From NCBI GenBank assembly GCA_040285825.1, contig JAUPSS010000001.1, forward strand, positions 2,232,001 to 2,296,000: a stretch of DNA of 64,000 nt. The letters run 5' to 3'. The notes below the pieces were generated by a model. The model was given only the letters and a program-made list of their open reading frames with translations, was not told where the DNA came from and did not search any database. Shown piece by piece: positions 12,031 to 22,835 of this stretch; positions within the stretch are counted from its first letter, which is position 1, and every line of letters starts with the position of its first letter. The translations under genes were made by a program, and so were the position numbers. The DNA comes from Eukaryota sp. TZLM1-RC. Taxonomy: Eukaryota > Protista > Metamonada: BaSk clade.

Positions 12031-12557
12031 TTTTTTCAAGGGGTTGTCCCCTCTTTATCTTCTGCTTTGTTATATCAAGGTCGGTAGTATGAAGCAAAAA
12101 CTTTCTGTCAATTTTTTTGGATGATTTGGGGTATGAAGATATCGAATTCTCAGTTTCTTGAATAGTTATTCATTGGAATACATAAGTGTTCAGTTTCCTT
12201 TACAATATATACAAAATTCATCAATACTTTAAACTTTATTTCAACTTTAAACGTCAACTATTACTCTGAAGGACAATTTCTTTAGTAATGACCAGTCTCA
12301 TTAGACAGTCTACGACGTCAAACTCGTTTCCTGCAGAAATTGCATGATGTATACCCTGATCCCAAAGCTGTTGATTTTTTGCAAGACTTTGAAGCTGTTG
12401 ACTATTTGAAGAAAGTAGTTATAGACATGTTGTTGTAGACTAGATATCCACAAATGATGGTCTAAATGTTTCTATTATCAATGTTGAAGGACGATTTCAA
12501 ATTTAAATATTAACAACAAAACTTTATCTAAATACAAAAGAAATACCAGGCAAAACC

Positions 12558-15371
12558 CTAAACCTCAGCTTGCTCCATTAAAATATCCATCGCACAACCA
12601 ATATCATCAAACTTGGCAGTGTAAGAATCATCTAAAAGCTTCTGATCTGCTTCAAGAGAGGTCACATATTTTCTCTCTGCTCTATAAATATGCTTAAACT
12701 TTCTAATAAAAGAAAGATAAACATGATCAAATTGAGAAGGTCCAGGATTTAGTACATTGACTTTGCGAGCTTGTACCAAAACAGTGATACCGAGGGGAAG
12801 AGCTTGAAGAAGAATTGTCAAGATTTTAAATCTGAAATTCCAGGGTTCACCATCAACAAAAGGAATTCTAAAAACCACTGGAACAATGAATGAGAATGTG
12901 GATAAAGGAATAAGCAACCCCAACAAGGCAAGAGAAACAAACAAAAGCAAGTAATCTTGAATTAAAAACAAGAATTGTGCTCCTTCAGAAGAAAGATATT
13001 CAGAATCACCAATACCGATTACCCAAAGTACTGTTGAAGTGAAAGAGTCATTAGTTGGTCTCGTAACAAATAGTTGAGGTATTCTAGTCATTAAAAAGAC
13101 ACAAATTACTGCGGGAATGAACATGCTGGCGAGATATGGAGCAATAACTTGTGGTGTATGAACCAAAGTTGCATCCCATTGAGAAAACCCTCTGATTCTA
13201 GTGATAATATAGAAAGTGGGAATGGTAATGATAAAGTATGCAAGAACTAGTACCAAGGCTATGCGACTGGCACTCTTATTCAAGCTGGTGAAATAATTAT
13301 CAGCATAACGGACACCAGTCAAACATTTGAGATTAACTGCAGAAAACTTTTGGGTAATATACAAGATCAAAACGAGCCCGAAAAAGAAAACTAGAATAGA
13401 AACGGCAATGTTACGGCTACGTTGCATTGAGTAGTAATCAGAGCGAACTTCATCATAAACTTCCAGCATTGAGCCAACAGCCTCGACAATTTCTTCATTG
13501 GTCAAAGTAGAAGGGTCAACTTCATCAATCAAATGATCGTTGTTCTGAATTCTATCCACATAACCCGCTCTTCTGGCAAACAACTTGACAAAATGCTTCT
13601 TTTGTTCGTATAAGTCACGATAAGCTATAGAAGAATCAGGAAGTAAGTCCAAAGCTTCATCAATAATCATTCCAACTGAACCTCTGGGGATTGGAAGGCC
13701 TAATAAAGCATTGACAGTAGGTGCAATGTCTTCCAAAGAGTAATCATCTCTGTTACGAACTGCTCTTGAATTGGGACCGGTATGAGGGTTGGCTGCAAAA
13801 CCAGAGTTCTTCTTGTAAATGGCTATAGGGACTTGGGACAGAATAGGTTCTTCATAACCTCCATGACCCCCGTTATCAACTTGACCATGGTCAGAAACAA
13901 AGATAACAATAGTATCGTCATCAACCTCTTCAATCAAGTTTTCAAAGATTATAGTCTTGTTGGTAACGGCGTCATCATAAGTATCCTTGGTATTCCACTC
14001 AGTTGTTACCCCAAAAGCATGTCCTTGAAGATCAACGTCGGAGAAATGAGCATAGAACAAATCATATTCAGTTTCACCTTCAAGACCAACTGCCCAATTC
14101 AGATACTTTGCTCTCTCTTCATCAGCATAGTGGGCGGAGTCAGCAGAATCAGTATTGAAAGAGGTAGGAACAGTACCATCACCAGTAAGGGATTTCAAAT
14201 GTGACGAAACCAAATCTTTCATCCAAGGTGATGCTGTTAGACCATTAAATGTATTAGAGAGTTGGGCAGTGCGATAAACACTATCAAATCCTGTTTCTGG
14301 AACCAATAAGTTACCCAATACTCCAGTTAATTCTGGTGGTGCTCCTGTCAAAAGAGTCATCCAATTAGGTACAGAGAACGAGGGTAAAAGACATTTGCCG
14401 TGGAAAACTTTTGAATCTGGCGCAAATGTTGATGACGTAATGAAGTTGGATAAACGCTCATTCTTGGATTCAAAGTAATCATACCGGAGACCATCCACAA
14501 TGAAGACCACAACTTTAGTATCATTCACAACTCTTTGAACCTCTGGGTATGTCGGCCAATACTCAAAGTATTCAGCAGAGTAGTCATTTAGCTCCTGCAA
14601 CTGTTGGTCAGTGAAGAAATGGCCTTGAACGGAGAAGATCTTGACCCATTCAGAGAACCAAGTACCAAATACTAAGATTAGAATTAGCGCTACAAAGATC
14701 AAAAACCAGGTTCTCCTGTCAGAAACTCTCTTCCATCTGGAACGAATGTCTTCGAGTTCTACCCATTGATAGAGCTTGTTCTGGGTGTTGAGGGCGGCTT
14801 TGATCTCAGGTTTAAGACTTTCGTCAGAAGTGAGGGACTGTACACTTCGGACTGAGGAAAGAGTAAAGGGCTTGGGAGGAACTGAGATGAGGGAGTACAC
14901 GCGATAGAGTAAGGTTAGTGAAGTCATGTGGATAATGACTGCGATAAAGGCTGCGTTGAGGCGGAACTGGGTAGGGTAGGCGAACAGGAAAAGATCCAGG
15001 CAGAGGAAGATTCCCTTGATGGTGTAGGCTTTCTTCATGAGGGGCTGGCTTCGTTGTTTGATAGCCTTTTCAAAAGCAACAAGAACGGAGACACTGATAA
15101 ACGCCTGAATAAAGGAGAGAAGAATCTGAATCCATAAAAGGATGGAGATGCTTGATGACGACTCAATAGAGATGTTTTGATTGAGACGTTCATCGAAAAA
15201 GGCAGCATTGGCAAAGATTACTCCCATAATAATAATATCGAGAATGAACAGGATACGGATAAACTTAAAGCGTTTCCGAGCTTTCTTCCAGTGAGCAGCA
15301 GAAGCAGCATGTTGTGCACTGGAACCACCAGGAACCACACCCCTGAGGGGATTCATTGTTGTTGAAACCAT
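12558..15371 (-). CDS. Multi-pass membrane alkaline-phosphatase-superfamily protein (PIG-O/G/N-like or type I phosphodiesterase)
   Basis: VVFIVDGLRYD, LPSFSVPNWMTLLTG, DVDLQGHAFG, VSDHGQVDNGGHGG metal-binding motifs; TM clusters on both sides; first ATG at 15371 preferred over GTG at 15404. Confidence 0.8.
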   Translation of the reverse strand: MVSTTMNPLRGVVPGGSSAQHAASAAHWKKARKRFKFIRILFILDIIIMGVIFANAAFFDERLNQNISIESSSSISILLWIQILLSFIQAFISVSVLVAFEKAIKQRSQPLMKKAYTIKGIFLCLDLFLFAYPTQFRLNAAFIAVIIHMTSLTLLYRVYSLISVPPKPFTLSSVRSVQSLTSDESLKPEIKAALNTQNKLYQWVELEDIRSRWKRVSDRRTWFLIFVALILILVFGTWFSEWVKIFSVQGHFFTDQQLQELNDYSAEYFEYWPTYPEVQRVVNDTKVVVFIVDGLRYDYFESKNERLSNFITSSTFAPDSKVFHGKCLLPSFSVPNWMTLLTGAPPELTGVLGNLLVPETGFDSVYRTAQLSNTFNGLTASPWMKDLVSSHLKSLTGDGTVPTSFNTDSADSAHYADEERAKYLNWAVGLEGETEYDLFYAHFSDVDLQGHAFGVTTEWNTKDTYDDAVTNKTIIFENLIEEVDDDTIVIFVSDHGQVDNGGHGGYEEPILSQVPIAIYKKNSGFAANPHTGPNSRAVRNRDDYSLEDIAPTVNALLGLPIPRGSVGMIIDEALDLLPDSSIAYRDLYEQKKHFVKLFARRAGYVDRIQNNDHLIDEVDPSTLTNEEIVEAVGSMLEVYDEVRSDYYSMQRSRNIAVSILVFFFGLVLILYITQKFSAVNLKCLTGVRYADNYFTSLNKSASRIALVLVLAYFIITIPTFYIITRIRGFSQWDATLVHTPQVIAPYLASMFIPAVICVFLMTRIPQLFVTRPTNDSFTSTVLWVIGIGDSEYLSSEGAQFLFLIQDYLLLFVSLALLGLLIPLSTFSFIVPVVFRIPFVDGEPWNFRFKILTILLQALPLGITVLVQARKVNVLNPGPSQFDHVYLSFIRKFKHIYRAERKYVTSLEADQKLLDDSYTAKFDDIGCAMDILMEQAEV

Positions 15372-15439
15372 TATTAATGCGGTGAGAGAATCTGAGAATT
15401 TCACACAATGTGAATATTGAATAAATATCCCTAATAATT

Positions 15440-15545
15440 GTGTAAACTTCTCAACACCAAGGGTTAGTATACACTAAACACCTTGGAAATACGTTGATTA
15501 AAACAGCTACTGCTGTCTTCTTAGACCTCTCACACGCCTTGGCCT
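15440..15545 (-). ncRNA. Candidate Fanzor omega-RNA scaffold overlapping and following the Fanzor stop codon
   Basis: Minus-strand hairpins AAGACAGC-AGTA-GCTGTTTT (15500-15519) and TCAACG..CCAAGG.GTTTAGT-GTAT-ACTAAC-CCTTGG-TGTTGA (15451-15497), in the position expected for omega-RNA; ends approximate. Confidence 0.55.
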
Positions 15546-16320
15546 TCTGAATGGTTCTGGCCTAGTACCAGTGAAATATTCACTAATTGCAATCTCCAGC
15601 TGGTTTCTGGAGGCTGAGATGTCCCTAGACCAGTTGGTCTGACATCGAGGGCAATCGAACTTAGCGTTATTTACCCTTCCGTCATCATGATAGATCTTTC
15701 TATGAAAGACCTTACGGCGATTCACATTTGCTGAGGTCATAAACTCGTCCAAGACTTTGACGCTTTCAAATTGTTTTTTGATTTGTTTGAGAAATCTCTT
15801 TCGGGGGAGACAATACACAGTCGGCGTATTTCTTGGGCCAGGGGCAATTTAAAAACTGAGCACAGCTTTTGAAAAAATTGCGTTTCCAGACGACAGGGCC
15901 GTCAGCAAGCAACTGACAAAAGGCTTCTCGCAGTTTGATGGCTCGACTGCCAAAAAGAGTGGAAAGTCACCAAAATCTACCACCGTCGGCTGAGGTGGTT
16001 TCATTCAGCGGTCGCCAGGGCCAAAAGTGCTGAACAAGATGTTGCAGCGCTTGGTAAACCAAAGGATGGTTTTCAAATGGCCTCCTTTGTTTAGGCTCAC
16101 TTTGGCAAACAAAGTCGAAACAGAGGCTCCAGAACTGGCTTTGAGTAAGCCACATTGAGTGTTCTGGGTATTGGAGCACAAAGAGTCGTGCTAGGTGAGT
16201 AGCATGAGCTCCAATACTAGCAAGAACTTGGAACTGGCGTTCCATTGCCTCTTGTGCCTCTGAGTCGAAGAACTGGTTGACAGACGCTCCCACAGTTGTA
16301 GTTTGTAGAACGTTATCCAT
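15507..16320 (-). pseudogene. Internally deleted Fanzor1/TnpB-family RNA-guided nuclease
   Basis: N-terminal WED/REC-like segment (TTVGASVNQFF...HATHLARLFVL); after a TGA and a frameshift, VVW-GNAIFS..P.KRFLKQI..VKVLDEFMTS (RuvC-II E), CPRC..WSRDISASRN (Zn finger, RuvC-III D), RPEPFRR tail; RuvC-I absent. Confidence 0.8.
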
Positions 16321-16719
16321 TACAGTCAACACAGAACGGAAACAGTCAGAAATGATTGAAAATTTGTTTCCTAAAATTGAAAATTTGTTGAAGTCAATCA
16401 ATCTTATAGTTGTCAATTCAAAGTAAAGTTAGTTACAAGTGTTTATTAATGAGACATGTCGTTCAAGATTACTTTCTGAATATTTTCCTTTCTTCAGACA
16501 AGAACTACATGTTACAACAGTTGGTGAGTGGAGTTTGGTTGGGTTGTCATCATTGCCCAGATTCGTAATTGAATTTCATTTCATCACTTACAACATTTCA
16601 TCACTTACTCTACTACGAACCTTCTCCTACGAATCCTTGCTTGCAGCTACTACCACTCTTTATGTCGAAAATTGAGAATCACTTTTATTTTAAGTAATGT
16701 TTTTTTTCTTCCTTCCTCT

Positions 16720-17172
16720 ATGGAATATAACCATGAATACAAGATTGATTCTGGAATCAAATCAAATATAAAAGTCTCTACTATGCAGGGGCACTTATTT
16801 CGTAGAATGATCAACACAGAGCTTTTACTACATTGTCATAGGTCCCTTCCCTTAAGTTCTTTTGTGGCTGCCTGGACTTCATATGAATCAGTCTGGCTGT
16901 CTACCCTCTCTTCTATTCCTGATGTTCCACACCTTGTATTAAAGCTACAGAAGAGTCTACTTTCTGCATGTTTTCATCCTCAGTACCAAAACTTCTCCAA
17001 ACACTGGTTGTCACTATTCAACACTGATTGTGACTTATCCCTGCCCCACCCTTTCCTTCTTTCTCTTTATCAACGTCTCTCTACCCTCGTCACTTGCTTT
17101 CGTCCTTTTTCTGACCCCCCTCCTCCACTTTCTCAAAATCTATTGCTGAATGGTGATCGAATACTGGATTGA
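16720..17172 (+). CDS. Hypothetical protein, possibly a pseudogene fragment
   Basis: ORF from ATG 16720 (MEYNHEY...) with helical-looking W/L pattern; no family recognised. Confidence 0.3.
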   Translation: MEYNHEYKIDSGIKSNIKVSTMQGHLFRRMINTELLLHCHRSLPLSSFVAAWTSYESVWLSTLSSIPDVPHLVLKLQKSLLSACFHPQYQNFSKHWLSLFNTDCDLSLPHPFLLSLYQRLSTLVTCFRPFSDPPPPLSQNLLLNGDRILD

Positions 17173-17454
17173 TTTCGAACCTTTGCCAGGGATTCTGAGT
17201 CTTCTACTGCATTCATATGATCTGGTTTACAAGATCTCAATCAGATCAGAATCAAGTTTTCTTTGATAAAAATGATTTTCTGAATGAAGATTCAATTCTA
17301 AATACTCACTAAAGAATCTACACCAAGAGTCATAGAAGCTAGTTCAAGTTGGCCTTGTTAAGATTTTCAGGATCGCAGACATTTTAAGCGACATCCGTTT
17401 GGGATAGTTGTGATTTATAATTGAATTTCTATCTCACTTATAGAGACTCATAGT

Positions 17455-17537
17455 GATCATTGTACCACGAAAATTTGGACTGTGTGCTACTAATGAAGCG
17501 TTTGTAACAAAAATGACATTATATTTGAATATTCCCT
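17455..17537 (+). mobile_element. Short internal fragment of family A non-LTR element
   Basis: IVPRKFGLCATNEAFVTKMTLYLNIP, nearly identical to IVPRRFGLCATNEAFVTKMRLYLNIP in ORF 8026-8970. Confidence 0.8.
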
Positions 17538-17539
17538 TG

Positions 17540-19740
17540 TTGAGCTTGCCTGTGCTGTTATATATAATATTCGAGCAAATGGACCAACTGCTTAAAGGGA
17601 GCCTGATGATTCAATGACATTTTTATGCACGTGTGCCGTCTTTTAGCATTCTTGACATCTCTTTATATGATTAATCATGTTTTTGCGCATGGTTGACCAA
17701 AAGTATTCACGTTGAAGTAATTTCTTTGCGCTAGTCGTTACACTAGGATGACCAACATTTGGCTGCCCATGAATGATAGTTAAAGTCTGCTTCTTTAAAC
17801 TATTTGGAATAACAATTTTCCCACGGCTGTTGTTATACAATTGAATATCAGAATTATTTTTGTAATCTTTTCTCTACTATCAATATAATCTATATATCCA
17901 TCCATTATAAAATCCATCACTTTTTGAACAATTGTTTTTCGTATCGTTATTGTCTTCAATAATATAATAAACTGCTGGAAGATACAACGAGACTTTTTTT
18001 GTAATGAAACTAATTCTGTTCTGAAACTAATTTTTCCATCAAGTGGTGTCTTCATTTAAAGACAGTTACACACAATTCAAAACGATTTAATAATGGAACT
18101 TCTCTATAATGTAACAGTCATCATCCTCTTCTCCTCTTGGTCAACTAACTGTATTGCTTCTTCCTCTGATGACATGTGAACATCATAATGGTCTTTATTG
18201 TCTCCAAAATGTCTTTTCTCATGCCATATATCATCATGATAAGACTATTTTTCACCATCGAAATTGACTTTAAATTTCATGATGATATATTTATATATAT
18301 TAGCCCAGGAATCAGTTACTGGATACATCATACAAAGTGTTCATTTAAAACAAGCCGATATTTCAACATTGCTACACGAGCGTATGAAATGCCATTTCCA
18401 TTTGTTCATCTGTTGACAGATTCGACTGTTTCTTTTGCCAATTGCAGAAAGTAATTTCTTAGTCAGTTTTATTCTCAAAACTGTGTCAAAATTGTGATGT
18501 CACGTTCCATAATTAATGTTGTTTAATACAAATTTCTCTTTATCGGATTAAATTAAATGAAATTACATAATACTTTACGAAAACCAGTTTTCGTTCAGGA
18601 CAAAAATAGTTTCACAAACAGATTTTGAAAGGAAGCCCGGTAGCTGTTTTATAAAGATTCAAAACATGTGAATAGTATATGAATTGAATACATCCTACAC
18701 TTTCTTCCAATCAAACATTTCCCATTTTATAATATGCAATATAATTCTTCCAAAAGCACTTGTCGCTTCAAAATGTCAAAATGCCTTAGGTAAATTTAAA
18801 AATGCTATATAAATAGCTTTGCTCAGAAACTGTAAGATGTCGCTAATCCTGCGCAAATTTGCCTCCACAGGTTTAGTTGAATCATTTACTCCACCAATAC
18901 CACCAAAATTGCCAGTTAATCGTGGTTTTCTGTGATCAGGGTAAATCACAAAACAGATGGGTCTACTGAATTGAGACCTTGCGGACACAGCAAATCCATT
19001 AGGGATCAATTCGTTAAAAATTTCCTCGGGTACCCGTTGGTTTTCTAGGTTTAATCGTCGAGTTTTTCTTTTAACGACCTTATTTTTGTCATAAAATGGA
19101 ATGGTCATCGGCTGACAATCAATTCATCCGGGGGAGGTAGCCCACTAAATACATTTTTGTATTATTCGAGTAGCACGCCTAGGGGTTCCTCATTCCTGAT
19201 GTGATCCAGGCATATTCTACAACCCAACTGTTCTAAATCATGTCTGAACGTGGAGTGTCCAGAATCATCAAATAAGTCTGATTTATTACTCAGTTGTTCT
19301 ATGAATTTAATTGGTTGACAAATCCTGTTATCAACCTCACATTCAGCCTTCAGGTTGGTGTGATGTTGGCAATCCAAATTAATATTGAAACTGTGCTCTT
19401 TGTAATAAAACTCTTCCGATCCAAAAATTGATGGTGTTAGGGGAGATCTGCATTTCGATTCTTAAAAACAATCGAGTGGCCAAGCTACCCACATTGAGAG
19501 CTAGATCACCATCTGCACATCCTAGGGTCGTGGCTCGGATACCATTTGCCGATAGCTAATCGACGGTATTATTGTCTTCGACCGTCATATTACATTTTAA
19601 AACGAAATCCACTGATAATGCTCAAAATGTTGCTCCATTATCAATTTCGCCTTGCACTTACACGTTGTTTATCGAGCATTTCAACCAAAGTTGCCCGTGA
19701 AAACTTGCTTGGTCTTCTGTTACCCTGGATAGTTTAACAG
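17540..19740 (-). mobile_element. Degenerate Ty3/gypsy pol (protease, RT, integrase H2C2)
   Basis: EIDNGA..LSANG protease remnants (~19530-19650); RT SQFSRPICFV.YPDHRKPRLTGNF..VND..LNLPKAF (18776-19108); IHG...GH...YFWSTM...CQEC integrase Zn finger (17643-17840). Confidence 0.8.
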
Positions 19741-20229
19741 TAGTAATAAAACCCACCGGATTGGATGACCTTCTAAATTTTGTTGATGGATTTATGTGTC
19801 TATATTTCGAATCGGTATTTCTCGTTTTATATATGGTGTTGATTGAATTATGTGTTAGGTTTCTATTAGAAGATGTATAATCATATCATTTATTACTATT
19901 GACGGAGTAAATAACCAATTATTTGTTTCTTCCGAAGGTAGCATTTCGCGTAAATTTCAGAATGTAAACCTCCCTAAGTCTGCCCAATCAAAAAGCGCAG
20001 TTGGAATTTTGAGGTGCCCCATCCACTTGATGTTTAAAAGGAAAATCACTACCCTTAATCAAAACATTATCTAGAACTCTTTGGTCAGGATAACTATCTA
20101 CCCATACATTGAGCTTCACAATCCATGCATTTGGAAACACCAATAAGATCTTGTTGGGGCCAACTCGTTGCTCTGTTAATTCAATGATTTTGGTTCCCAT
20201 TGTTCTTACAAAGGTTTCCCTGTGGTGAA

Positions 20230-21225
20230 ATTGAATTGTATCAGCTCTATCTGCAACAAACCGTGTAACAAAAAACGTACAGAATTTTTGGCTTATTTAA
20301 TGTCTGTTGATCCATAAATTTTGAAAAATCAAAGATGTGCATCCACATCCAAATCAAAGATTTTATTGTTCGACTTAGCACGGCTAAGAAAGAAAATTCT
20401 GCTTTTGCAAATTTTTTGATTGATTTGAAGGACAGTTCATCTGCAGTTTTGATAAATCAAATTCCCCATATTTATGGTCTATTTTTGAATGACGACCAAT
20501 GGACCACTGCCATGAGAATGCGTTGTTTTTTATGGCCTTGTAATTTGCCCAATGATTTGTTTTGCAAATGTGGAGCTGCTTTGACATTATCACATTTATT
20601 TAATAGTAATAGATTTATTTCCTATCGTTCTACGTTGCATGATGCAGTCAGAGATCGAATCCATGCAATGTGTAATTCCTATCATATTGAATCTTTTGTA
20701 GAACCTTTGCTGAGGACTCTTGATATAAATGAAAGCGTAAGAGATTCAAAATATGAATAACGACGTGCTGATGTTGTTGTGCCCTCGTTTGATGATGTCA
20801 TGAATGTTGTTCATGTCGTAACAGTGGATGTTTGCAAGAAAAATGCCTTGAAAAATGCACAATCAGAAGTATCTCCCCTTGATGACTCCGAATTGTACAA
20901 ACGGAAAAAATATGCAGATCCTTTAAAAGAATTAAAACATGTTCACCAAGTAGATTACCAAATTTGCCCATTTGCTATATCGTTATATGGTCGTCTTGGA
21001 AATACTGCTATGAATTTTATTGCTGATTTTGAAAATCTTGTAAAAAGAAGAATGAATAAGCGTTTTGATCGTTGCTTGTGGCTAAATCATATTGTTTTTA
21101 CTATTTTCAAATCAATTCCTAAAATGATTTCGAAAGCTTTGATGTCTGTCAGTGCACATTACGAAGAAATTGCTGTTGTGAGGTTTGATGGTGTGAAAGC
21201 TTGTTTTGAAGATATTGACTTTTAA
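20230..21225 (+). mobile_element. 5'-truncated RLE-type non-LTR element (family C) with in-frame stop at 20758
   Basis: CKCG..H, HDAVRD, VEPLL, *RRADVVVP..VVTVDVC..KRKKY..CPFAISLYGRLG; 5' boundary approximate. Confidence 0.85.
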
Positions 21226-22310
21226 ACTGTAGTTTTACAAACCGTGTTCTGAACAGCAAGAGAAAATCAGTCATTTTGTCTTTTGGGAGGATATTTTCTA
21301 CAAGAAAATGCCTTACTGTACATCTGAGGAAACGAGCTTTTTGATGGTGAGGATACATCTTAACAATCCAAAATAATCTGCCCTCATAGTCCTGGCTGAC
21401 ACGGGGTTGGTGTCTGCCCATGTGTAATCGTTCGTCAATGATGGCATCTCTGTGCCAGTATGCAGGTTTCGGTGTAGCTGCCTGGTATTTTGTATGCGGT
21501 GCGTAAAAATTTTTTAGGTTCTTCAGCTACCAAGTTGACTGCAATCTCCGAACATTCATCTAAACAAGCCAAAATGTTGGGTCCTTGATCTTGTTGCTGG
21601 AAGAACGAGTCATCCAGCGCATATCCACGTGAATTGTTGAACAAGAAAGGCCAGCCGTTCTCTAATAATTCTTCCCTATTTTTTGTAGTCGATAAATCCG
21701 AACAAGAATTGTAAACCGTGTGAAACTGTCTACAAAGAGTAGTTTAAATTTATTGGCCCCTAATTTGGAGGAAGAGGACCAATCGTTTCTACATTTATTC
21801 TCGGAAAAAGATTATTAGCCGGTAGACGGAATAGTATTTTTGGGGACAGGTGTCGTTTTCTGACATGATGGACAAGATCATACGTGATTCTTTCTATCAT
21901 CAGTCATACTTGGCCAGTAGCAGTCGCTAGAGGATAACCTGTGCAAACTCTTGGACATACTCCGGTGACCGCCTGAGCCATAACCGTGTAAGATCAAAAG
22001 CGTATCTCTGATTAGTGATGACGGAATGACAATCTTACCTGTCTCGTTAACGTACAGGTCAAGATGGTTGACGGAACAGTTATCAAAAGAATGTTCATGA
22101 GCCATAACTGTACAAATTTTGCTAAACTGGAAACTCGATTTACAGTAGGGTCCGCTTCGACTCTGTTTCTGTGCGTTGTTGGAAAACAACGGCAGCGGCT
22201 CTCTCTGAGATTGGTTGTATTTTCCGAAATCTTAGAAATACCAAGAGTGTCAAAGTCAACCGCATTAGATGGAAGTGAAGTAAGTGGAGAGTGTTCGATC
22301 AATAGATAAA
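21226..22310 (-). mobile_element. Degenerate Ty3/gypsy integrase region
   Basis: IVIPSSLIRDTLLILHG...GH...YWPSM (H2C2) and GPLPPN*GANKFKLLFVDSFTRF (integrase core). Confidence 0.7.
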
Positions 22311-22835
22311 TCTCCTATGATAGGCTTTGAAATTTCAGGACCAGGTGAAAGTACCTGACACCTAGAAACACAGAAGATGCGAGGATTACCAGTCGTCTTC
22401 CGCCGTGAACTGCAACCTTATCATGACGAGATGGTGAAGGAGTTGCTTCGGAATTATCTGGGAGTATCCTACGAGTGGGAGGGTCACTGAAATGAACCCA
22501 GACTCTAGATAACTCTAGGAGATTGTATGCACTCCGAGCCGCATCAATATGACCAGGATTGGGCTCAACTGCTGAAGCTCTATCCAAAAAAAATGGATAG
22601 AAGTCCATTTTACACTGTATACACTATGTATAAACAGTGTATAGACTAACCACTAGACAAGTAAAGAAGGCAGAAAACATGCAACATGAGACGGAAATGA
22701 TACTAAACTGCTGTGTTGGCTGCTACATTCTCCAATCACGTCGGCGGGATTCTCCCTGCAGTGGAGAAAATCAGCTTCCCTTGAAATCGGAAGGTTGAGA
22801 AAATCATTGCAGCCCATTATTCCTCCTATTCATCG

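Noticed and set aside
15430-16700. Terminal inverted repeats or a Helitron CTRR end for the Fanzor element
   Set aside because: Only a weak TGTAA(A)CT / AGTTACA match; no convincing TIR, TSD or CTRR was found.
19532-19544. TGGTATCCGAGCC (minus strand) resembling a tRNA-iMet PBS
   Set aside because: Lies in the protease reading frame (SANGIRA) with no adjacent LTR.
21745-21760. TTATTGGCCC resembling the LTR-junction motif
   Set aside because: Not palindromic, no preceding CA, and it is the antisense of integrase coding sequence.
22718-22814. tRNA-Sec or C/D snoRNA on the minus strand
   Set aside because: No D-arm or T-loop consensus and no terminal CTGA box.
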